From: Candidatus Tayloriibacteriota bacterium
GTDB taxonomy: Bacteria; Patescibacteriota; Minisyncoccia; Phycocordibacterales; PALSA-1337
NCBI GenBank assembly: GCA_943350765.1
Contig: CALRAJ010000001.1
Coordinates: 96,689 to 160,688, forward strand
Direction: 5' to 3'
DNA: 64,000 nt
The translations under genes were made by a program, and so were the position numbers. Of the stretch, positions 56,747 to 64,000 are shown piece by piece; positions within the stretch are counted from its first letter, which is position 1, and every line of letters starts with the position of its first letter. Under the pieces are notes generated by a model. The model searched no databases. It saw nothing but the letters and a program-made list of their open reading frames with translations, and was not told where the DNA came from.

Positions 56747-56878
56747 CTACATCGCATCCAAAATTTCAAAGGCATCATCTACATCCAGTCCAGTTTCATC
56801 GACAACCTCCTGAAGCTTTTCTGCTTCATCTTTATCCAAATCTTCCTCTTTTGCTTTTTCAAATACTTCGGGGTCCAT
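56747..56878 (-). CDS. 43-aa highly acidic peptide downstream of hsdR
   Basis: MDPEVFEKAKEEDLDKDEAEKLQEVVDETGLDVDDAFEILDAM; ATG 2 nt after hsdR stop. Below ORF-track cutoff. Confidence 0.6.
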   Translation of the reverse strand: MDPEVFEKAKEEDLDKDEAEKLQEVVDETGLDVDDAFEILDAM

Positions 56879-56880
56879 GG

Positions 56881-59850
56881 CTATGCATTAATCTTCCTTA
56901 CAACATACTCAAACACTCGCTCTTGAACAAATCTCTTTAGCTCCGGGCTCTGATCAAGCTTTTGATACAAACTAAAATGATTATCGAGCACCCCCACAAG
57001 TTCATCCTGAAATAGCTGATCAAATTTTAGCTTAGCCGCATCCTTACTATTATTTTTTACGGACCCGAGAAGTACCTTACTTTCTAGAAGTCTCTTGCTC
57101 AAATCATTAAGGATGACTTTATCTGAATTGTTAAAACTTGTTCCATAACGTTCATTAACTTCTTTAATGATTTTTGACAAAGCATCTTTCTCATCTTCTG
57201 TGATACCTTTTTCACCACCGCCACCCATTGGATCAATAACACCTTCAGCATTTTCAAGATGAAGATTTGTCTCAACTTTCTTTTCAATTCTATATGTTTC
57301 CATGTCTATTGCTTCAAGTACTTCATATGGAAGTGGGTTCTCTCGCTTTGGTAGCTTCCTGATCAAATACTTCAAGAATATAAACAACTTTTCAAGCTGT
57401 GGGTCCTCAAAAGTTACAATCTGTGAAATAAATGCGTACTTCTTAAGATAATCAAATACGGTAGTTTTGAAACTCCCCATTTCTTCTTCTGTAAGGTTCT
57501 CATCATTGATTCGAGAAACCACTCCATCAATAATGTGATTGAGTTTATCTGGAGTTGCTTTTGCATATAGCTCATCGACAAAACCATTCACTTCAAAGTC
57601 AGTGAAGAATTTAAATCCACGCACATCTCGCTCTAAGTCATGAAGAATGTTTGGATCAGTAGCTTCTGATAGGACCGTAGTTGTGTAGTAAGGTTGGAAT
57701 GATTCTTTTATATCATCAGTTTCATTAACGAAGTCCAGCACGAATGTATCATCCTTGCCGTATGTAGTTCTGTTGAGACGAGATAATGTTTGGACCGCAC
57801 CAACTCCACCGAGTTTCTTATCGACATACATTACAGAAAGTAAAGGCTGATCAAATCCAGTCTGGAACTTCTCTGCAACAATCAAGAATTTATATTCATC
57901 ATTTTTGAATTCTTCAGCTGTCTGACTTTCTGGAACCTTATTCATTTGACCTTCTGTATATTCAAGTTTGGTATCAATATCTTTAACGGTACCAGAAAAG
58001 GCTACGAGGGCTTTATGTCCATATCCCTTTTCCTTGAGATATTTATCGAACGCTAGCTTGTATCGCACAGCATGAAGGCGTGACTTGGTTACCACCATAG
58101 CCTTTGCTTTACCAGCAATGAGTGAAGCAATCTTCTCTTCAAAATGTTCTGCCATTATTGCGGTCTTTTTATCTATAGCATGCTCGTGTCGTTCAACATA
58201 TCCAACTATTAGCCTTTGAGCCTTCTTTTTATCAAACTCAGGATCATCCTCAACTTTCTTCAAAAGTCCGAAGTATGTTTCGTATGTTGTGTAATTCTTC
58301 AGCACATCAAGAATAAATTTCTCCTCGATAGCTTGCTTCATTGAGTAAAGAGAGAATGGACCGAATTTACCTGTAAGAGGATCTTCAGTTCCAAAGAGTT
58401 CCAGAGTCTTTTGTTTTGGTGTAGCAGTGAATGCAAAGAAACTCAAGTTAGGTGACGCAACCTTACGAGCTTTCATACGTTCAATGATTTGGTCTTCTAC
58501 GGTCTTAAATGCCTTCTCTTCGTTCTCTGTTTCTTTTTCAGCCTCATCAAGTGTTAGGACCTGGCGCAAATCAGCCGCAGATTCACCAGACTGTGATGAG
58601 TGGGCTTCATCAATAATCACAGCAAACTTTTTACCTTCCACTTTATCTACTGCATCAACTATCACTGGAAACTTCTGCAAAGTAGTAGTTATAATCTTTA
58701 CCCCTGATTCAAGTGCCTCTTTGAGTTCCTTTCCACCATTTTCAATATGTTTAACCAAGCCAGTGACCTGACTAAAGCTATCAACTGTATTTGAAAGTTG
58801 TCTATCGAGCACTCGACGATCAGTCACCACAATTACGCCATCAAATATATTCTTTCCTTCATCATTGTGTAATTCCGCAAGGCGATGAGCGGTCCAAGCG
58901 ATCGTATTACTTTTACCGGACCCTGCACTGTGTTGAATAAGATAGTTTTTTCCTGAACCATTCTTTTGGGCATCAACCACAATATTCTTTACTGTTTCAA
59001 GTTGATGATATCGAGGAAAGATTAATTTTTCTTCCTTTACCCTCTTTCCATTTTTATCTTCTTTTTCCTCGGTAACTTCCTGTATAAAATTTCCAAGTAA
59101 ATCAAATATACTATCCTTGGACAAGATCTCTTCCCATAGGTAGTAAGTCTTATACTTTCCAGTTGGGGCATCTGGGTTGCCTGATGAGCCTATATTGCCC
59201 TTATTAAACGGTAAGAAGTACGTTGTTAGACCTGTAATTCGAGTAGCCATGTATGCTTGCTCGGTATCTACAGCAAAGTGAGTGAGACATCGCTTGAATG
59301 ACAATAGCTTTTCTTTCTGATCTCGGTCCGTCTTGTACTGAGATATAGCATTGATAACATTCTGACCGGTAAATTGATTTTTGAGTTCGGTTGTAAATAG
59401 TGGGAGACCATTTACAAGGATAACCATATCAATTGAGTTTTCATTCTTAGTACTGTATTTCACCTGACGCATTACGCTCAAAATATTTCCAGCATAGTCT
59501 GAGAGCGTTTCTGGATTCTTATCATTCTCAGGCTTCCAATATGCAAGACGAATATTCACTCCTCGATCTTTAACACCTTCACGCAAAACACTCAACAAGC
59601 CACGAGATTCGATTTCCTCATCTACCCTATCAAGCACCCTTATTTCAACATCATCCCCATACTGCTCAACCAATTTATTCCAACTATCCTTTTGAGTAGT
59701 CTGAATAAACTCGAGGACCAACTCTGTGTCCATACACAAGTCCTTGTTGTATGAGGAACTTGGTCGTGATCTATATTTATGTAGACTCACTAGCTGTTGC
59801 TCAATGAATTCTTCAAATCCTGATTCTTTTGTGTTTGTTTTTGTTGTCAT
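56881..59850 (-). CDS. hsdR: Type I restriction endonuclease subunit R
   Basis: D..ILVNGLP..TELKN nuclease motif, QHSAGSGKS, IIDEAHSSQ, FTATP, FQTGFDQP, QTLSRLNR. Confidence 0.95.
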   Translation of the reverse strand: MTTKTNTKESGFEEFIEQQLVSLHKYRSRPSSSYNKDLCMDTELVLEFIQTTQKDSWNKLVEQYGDDVEIRVLDRVDEEIESRGLLSVLREGVKDRGVNIRLAYWKPENDKNPETLSDYAGNILSVMRQVKYSTKNENSIDMVILVNGLPLFTTELKNQFTGQNVINAISQYKTDRDQKEKLLSFKRCLTHFAVDTEQAYMATRITGLTTYFLPFNKGNIGSSGNPDAPTGKYKTYYLWEEILSKDSIFDLLGNFIQEVTEEKEDKNGKRVKEEKLIFPRYHQLETVKNIVVDAQKNGSGKNYLIQHSAGSGKSNTIAWTAHRLAELHNDEGKNIFDGVIVVTDRRVLDRQLSNTVDSFSQVTGLVKHIENGGKELKEALESGVKIITTTLQKFPVIVDAVDKVEGKKFAVIIDEAHSSQSGESAADLRQVLTLDEAEKETENEEKAFKTVEDQIIERMKARKVASPNLSFFAFTATPKQKTLELFGTEDPLTGKFGPFSLYSMKQAIEEKFILDVLKNYTTYETYFGLLKKVEDDPEFDKKKAQRLIVGYVERHEHAIDKKTAIMAEHFEEKIASLIAGKAKAMVVTKSRLHAVRYKLAFDKYLKEKGYGHKALVAFSGTVKDIDTKLEYTEGQMNKVPESQTAEEFKNDEYKFLIVAEKFQTGFDQPLLSVMYVDKKLGGVGAVQTLSRLNRTTYGKDDTFVLDFVNETDDIKESFQPYYTTTVLSEATDPNILHDLERDVRGFKFFTDFEVNGFVDELYAKATPDKLNHIIDGVVSRINDENLTEEEMGSFKTTVFDYLKKYAFISQIVTFEDPQLEKLFIFLKYLIRKLPKRENPLPYEVLEAIDMETYRIEKKVETNLHLENAEGVIDPMGGGGEKGITEDEKDALSKIIKEVNERYGTSFNNSDKVILNDLSKRLLESKVLLGSVKNNSKDAAKLKFDQLFQDELVGVLDNHFSLYQKLDQSPELKRFVQERVFEYVVRKINA

Positions 59851-59851
59851 A

Positions 59852-60907
59852 TTATTCCTTAGCTTTTCTTACTTTATCCAAGAAAGTATTTATTGGATCA
59901 ATTATTTTTTCGCCAAGATTTTTTAGCATAGAATCAATATTTACCATTGCGTTCTGTTCTAATGCTTTATCCTCATTAGCTGAATCATCTTTATTCGGAT
60001 GTTGATAAATATCTTTCATAGAAGACAAGACGAAATCGAGGATATCTTTCTTATATTCAACATCCCCAAAGCGCCTTTCAAGAACTTCAGTATAGTTCTC
60101 AAGCGCTTTCGCAGTTGCTGCTTTAAATGCATAACTTTCCATTAAGCGCTGAGATCGAGAATACTGTAGAGCGCTAAACCAAACAAGAAATATACCTGGA
60201 GATGAGTAGGTTATCTTATACAGAAACATTTCAATCCAATTCGCTCCACTGCTTAATGGATGTGAGTAAATGAAGTATAAAATACCTCCTAATATCAATA
60301 CGCTTATAATTGTTGCCCATTGCCAAAAAGAAACTCTTCCTTGGAGTGTGTCTTGCCTTTCAGAAAAAGAATGCGAAAGCCCTGAACCTGTAATAAAACC
60401 ATACATTATTTCAATTTCTTTTTTGTATCCTTCAATTTGCTCTTTATTCTTCTTAATCTGCTCATCGAGGTTTTTTGCATCAATCTCCAACTTGGAAATA
60501 GTTTCCACCATTTTGGTAGCTTCTGTAGACTTCTCAAAAGTTATCTGATTGTCTGTATTGATTTTAGAGATCACAAATTCAACCCCTGAGGTAGGGTCCT
60601 CAATTTTTGTTTTTAAATCTAGCAGCTTCTGATTGAGGGCTTCTATTTCGGATGTTTTTGTTTGTGCTTGCTGAAGCAAAGTATCGATTGACCCTTCCTT
60701 TGTAGCAACAGTTGCAATTTTTCCATCTAGATCAATAACTTTAGACTCCAAAATCTTCTTTGTTTTATCAGTATCAATTTTTACACTGTCAGCAATAGTC
60801 GCAATTTTGCCAAAAAGCGTATCAACTTCGGATTTCTTTGTTTTTATCTGACCTAAAATATCATCGGCTTCTTTATTTAATTGTTCAATTCTATTGTTTT
60901 CTTCCAT
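59852..60907 (-). CDS. Coiled-coil, 2-TM hypothetical protein inside hsd operon
   Basis: Long heptad region, GLSHSF..R, two TM, E.YAFKA. Confidence 0.75.
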   Translation of the reverse strand: MEENNRIEQLNKEADDILGQIKTKKSEVDTLFGKIATIADSVKIDTDKTKKILESKVIDLDGKIATVATKEGSIDTLLQQAQTKTSEIEALNQKLLDLKTKIEDPTSGVEFVISKINTDNQITFEKSTEATKMVETISKLEIDAKNLDEQIKKNKEQIEGYKKEIEIMYGFITGSGLSHSFSERQDTLQGRVSFWQWATIISVLILGGILYFIYSHPLSSGANWIEMFLYKITYSSPGIFLVWFSALQYSRSQRLMESYAFKAATAKALENYTEVLERRFGDVEYKKDILDFVLSSMKDIYQHPNKDDSANEDKALEQNAMVNIDSMLKNLGEKIIDPINTFLDKVRKAKE

Positions 60908-60911
60908 AAAT

Positions 60912-62210
60912 TTATATTTTTATTTTTCCTGTCACGACATTTGAAATTAGTGAGGATTTGAACTCTTGTAATAGTTCAATAGATTTTTCAATATTTAAAA
61001 TTGATGTTAAGTATATTTTCTTAATCTTTTGAACCTTGTCAGCAATTTTTTTTTGCTCATCATCTGGGGGAATAGTAATAACAACTTTTTTTAAATGGGT
61101 GGGTCCATAATGTTGCATTGCAGTCCCAGCTTTTTGCACTTCAACTTGCTCGTTGAAGTATTTTGAGTCTAATAGGCATTTTAAAAAATATCTATCCAAA
61201 CTTTTTGAGGTAATTTTAATTAGCCCTGTGTAAGCAATTGAGCCAACTGCTTCTTTTGTAACTTCAGCGACTATTCCAGAAGATGCACTCCCACTAATAA
61301 GTAAGTCTCCTTGTTTCAATTTAAAATGACTCCATTTACGCTCAACTTTTTCAGGATCAAGAAAGTTAGACCCTTCTAAGTCGACAAAGCCATTATTAAG
61401 ATTCTTAATTCTCAATAAAGGGACTCCTGTCTCTCTAAAATCCTCAGCCATAATTCCGGGTCCCTCTTGAATTTCAGTAACATATTTCAAGGGTAGCACC
61501 CTCCATCCCTTTGGGATATTATCAATCCATTCAACACCACTTTCTACCAATTCTACTTTTGGATCAAGGCCCTTTGTGACTGCATAATTAATATCGGCTA
61601 TGTGTTTTTCTTTTAAAAACTCAATCAGCTTTTGTTTTCTTTCAATAATTTGGTCAACCGAAGATGTTTTTTCATCAAGATACTTAGCAATCTTTATTTG
61701 TTCTTGTGATTTAGGAACTGTGATACAAATCCTCTTCATTTCACTCTCACGTGTGGTCCAAAGATCATCAACAATACCTCGTCCCCAACGATAGAATTCT
61801 TCTGAAAATAGTTTACTTCTAAATAGATAATGGAAATATTTTGAATCAGATAATTGATCCCTCTTTCTTAATACATTGTAGACAAGCGATACACCACCTT
61901 CATATTCAGACATTCCTACAGCACCTTTTCTATCGGACCGGCCGTTTATGGCAATGTCTCCAACTTTTACAAGCTTGCGAAGGCTACCTTCTGCAACCTT
62001 AGCTGCATTTTCTATTTGTCTTTTAATTCCATCATAAGTAACAGAAAGTGGTTCATGAGTCGCCTCTGTAACCTTCTGATTAGAAAAGTTAAATACAGAT
62101 ACTATTTTTTGTGCTTCCCAATTAGCGGGAATCTTTCCCAACCACTCAACACCTGAATCTTTGTATTCAGGATATTTCTCATATTTTTTTGTAAGTTTGA
62201 GTGTATGCAT
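60912..62210 (-). CDS. hsdS: Type I R-M specificity subunit
   Basis: YPEYKDSGVEWLGKIP / ESGVEWIDNIPKGW repeats, P...EQ.KIA, SLISNVVTGK. Confidence 0.93.
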   Translation of the reverse strand: MHTLKLTKKYEKYPEYKDSGVEWLGKIPANWEAQKIVSVFNFSNQKVTEATHEPLSVTYDGIKRQIENAAKVAEGSLRKLVKVGDIAINGRSDRKGAVGMSEYEGGVSLVYNVLRKRDQLSDSKYFHYLFRSKLFSEEFYRWGRGIVDDLWTTRESEMKRICITVPKSQEQIKIAKYLDEKTSSVDQIIERKQKLIEFLKEKHIADINYAVTKGLDPKVELVESGVEWIDNIPKGWRVLPLKYVTEIQEGPGIMAEDFRETGVPLLRIKNLNNGFVDLEGSNFLDPEKVERKWSHFKLKQGDLLISGSASSGIVAEVTKEAVGSIAYTGLIKITSKSLDRYFLKCLLDSKYFNEQVEVQKAGTAMQHYGPTHLKKVVITIPPDDEQKKIADKVQKIKKIYLTSILNIEKSIELLQEFKSSLISNVVTGKIKI

Positions 62211-62211
62211 A

Positions 62212-62709
62212 TTAATTAAATAAACAAATTACCTTATCAAAATTACTAAATATAGCAGTAAGCAGAGCCGTAATTACTGCAACTAAAATTGGCAACCATA
62301 AATTACGAGAATCTGTGATTTGCTTATCTGTCTTAAAATTCTTATCAACAAAATCGTAAAAAGATGGCGTGATTGAAATATCTTTACCCCAATAGGATTT
62401 ATTCAAATCTGCAATAAAATGAATTCTGTCGGCCATATATTTACTATCACCTGTGGAAACAATTGAAAAGTTTGTCGGATTAAAGTCAGGTATTCCCAAT
62501 CCATAATTTTGTGTATCAATATTTATTAACTCCTCTTTTTCCAGGAAATACACAGTGTAATAAATCTGCTCAAGAGTTTTATAGTGTTCCGCTACATTCT
62601 GAATGTTGTTTCCTTCAAATTTCAAAATACACATATCTTTAATGATATGTCCGACCCAGCCATGTTTCTTTTCAGCCAATATTTTAATGAATTCTTTATT
62701 GATTTTCAT
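62212..62709 (-). CDS. Hypothetical protein with C-terminal TM inside hsd operon
   Basis: 165-aa ORF spaced 1 nt from both hsdM and hsdS. Confidence 0.7.
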   Translation of the reverse strand: MKINKEFIKILAEKKHGWVGHIIKDMCILKFEGNNIQNVAEHYKTLEQIYYTVYFLEKEELINIDTQNYGLGIPDFNPTNFSIVSTGDSKYMADRIHFIADLNKSYWGKDISITPSFYDFVDKNFKTDKQITDSRNLWLPILVAVITALLTAIFSNFDKVICLFN

Positions 62710-62710
62710 T

Positions 62711-64000
62711 TTATAGTTGCTTTAGGAGAGTGAGTAATTCATTCTCAACCTTTTCTATATCAGTCTCTATCGCCTCAAGACTTCGTGGTGCTTCATACTT
62801 GTAAAAGTGTCGTGTAAATGGAATTTCATATCCAACCACACCAATCTTGCCATCTTTATGATCCACAACAGACTCATTGATCCATGCATCGGGAACATAA
62901 GGCTTTACCTCTTTATCAAAATATTCCTTGATATCCATCTCATATGGCACGTTCTCATAATCTCGAAGTGATTTATCTATTTCCACTTCCCCTTTTTTAT
63001 TTTTTACAACCTTACCATCAACCATAAGTGGTCGCTCTATGGTAATCTGTCTATATGCAAAATCGGTAGTCTTGAAAATCTTTGAAAATTCACTTTCTTC
63101 AAACTTCTCATATAGCTCTACTATTTTTTTCTTTGATTCAGCATCTATCTCGTGGCGCTTACTACCAAGACTCTTGCGAGTCTTTTTGAAGAATGTGCGA
63201 GCATCAATAAGCTGAACTTTACCTTTTCTTTCTTTTGATTTTCTATTTGTAACAAACCAAAGATAGGTATTAATACCTGTGTTGTAGAACAACTGGTCCG
63301 GTAATGCCACAATAGTCTCAAGCAAATCTTTTTCAAGAATCCAACGGCGTATTTCACTCTCACCACTTCCCGCATCTCCGGTAAAGAGTGGTGAGCCGTT
63401 GTGAACAATAGAAATACGTGACCCACCATCTTTTTCCGTCTTCATCTTTGAAATGAGGTGCTGAAGGAACAAAAGCTGACCATCTGAAATACGAGGAGTA
63501 CCTGCACCAAATCTTCCAGCATATCCACGAGATGCTTCTCGCTCTACAGCGTCTTTATCTTTTTTCCAATCAACTCCGTAGGGTGGGTTACTTAGCCCGT
63601 AGTCGAATACTTCACCAAAGAATTGATCATTGGCCAGTGTACTTGCTTTTGAATGGTCTTTTTCTCCACCTCGAATAAGATCTGGGTCATCTCCTTTTAT
63701 CAACATGTCGGACTTCGCCATGGCGTATGTGATTGAGTTGAGTTCCTGTCCGTATAGGAATATGTCGGCTTCTTTGTTTATATTTTCGAGAATATAGTCC
63801 TTTGCCACAGAAAGCATACCCCCGGTACCGCAGGCAGGATCATATATTTTCTTGATCACGTGAGGCTTTTTCAAATCCTTTTCATCAGGAGAAAACAGCA
63901 TCTCAGTCATAAGTCCAATAACATCACGTGGGGTGTAGTGTTCTCCAGCCGTTTCGTTAGACATTTCAGAAAACTTACGAAGAAGTTCTTCGAATACATG
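62711..64000 (-). CDS. hsdM: Type I R-M methyltransferase subunit (5' end beyond window)
   Basis: FEELLRKF.E..NETAGEHYTPRDV, YDPACGTGGML, NPPY, GSPLFTG, FYNTGI.TY; frame open to the edge. Confidence 0.95.
   Translation of the reverse strand, partial: HVFEELLRKFSEMSNETAGEHYTPRDVIGLMTEMLFSPDEKDLKKPHVIKKIYDPACGTGGMLSVAKDYILENINKEADIFLYGQELNSITYAMAKSDMLIKGDDPDLIRGGEKDHSKASTLANDQFFGEVFDYGLSNPPYGVDWKKDKDAVEREASRGYAGRFGAGTPRISDGQLLFLQHLISKMKTEKDGGSRISIVHNGSPLFTGDAGSGESEIRRWILEKDLLETIVALPDQLFYNTGINTYLWFVTNRKSKERKGKVQLIDARTFFKKTRKSLGSKRHEIDAESKKKIVELYEKFEESEFSKIFKTTDFAYRQITIERPLMVDGKVVKNKKGEVEIDKSLRDYENVPYEMDIKEYFDKEVKPYVPDAWINESVVDHKDGKIGVVGYEIPFTRHFYKYEAPRSLEAIETDIEKVENELLTLLKQL

Noticed and set aside
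1-64000. Alternative genetic code (TGA=Gly as in Gracilibacteria/Absconditabacteria)
   Set aside because: Long conserved genes translate intact under code 11 and TGA serves as a stop (e.g. recR, ABC ATPase)

Overview
This is a low-GC, gene-dense bacterial chromosome segment using genetic code 11. Its content points to Patescibacteria/CPR, probably Parcubacteria (inference): a NusB-NUDIX fusion, a stand-alone SWIB protein, a PaaX/Cas2-like gene, short UvrC and TruB forms, almost no biosynthetic genes and many apparently leaderless genes. Housekeeping genes include gltX, rnc, nusB, rpmF, rnhB, dnaE, typA, truB, ddl, uvrC-like, dnaB, recR, rplU, rmuC and tRNA-Ala(TGC). Also present are an ECF sigma/MacAB-like operon, DsbB/DsbA, MsrAB and a type I R-M locus cut by the right edge. 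The most unusual content is non-coding. (1) A ~430-nt structured RNA unit with its own promoter and terminator (42218-42644, minus) matches none of tmRNA, RNase P, SRP or group I intron by eye. (2) A five-copy, covarying, multi-stem repeat belongs to a larger modular set of palindromes sharing an A-N-Y-A tetraloop; one member interrupts an EVE-domain gene. (3) Six orphan genes and the RNA unit share a promoter + boxA-like motif + terminator cassette layout. (4) A PaaX/Cas2-like gene, with a stop at codon 2, is bracketed by two related long palindromes. (5) A sense/antisense array of tRNA 3' ends follows tRNA-Ala. (6) A 43-aa very acidic ORF directly follows hsdR. All calls were made by eye, with no database searches.
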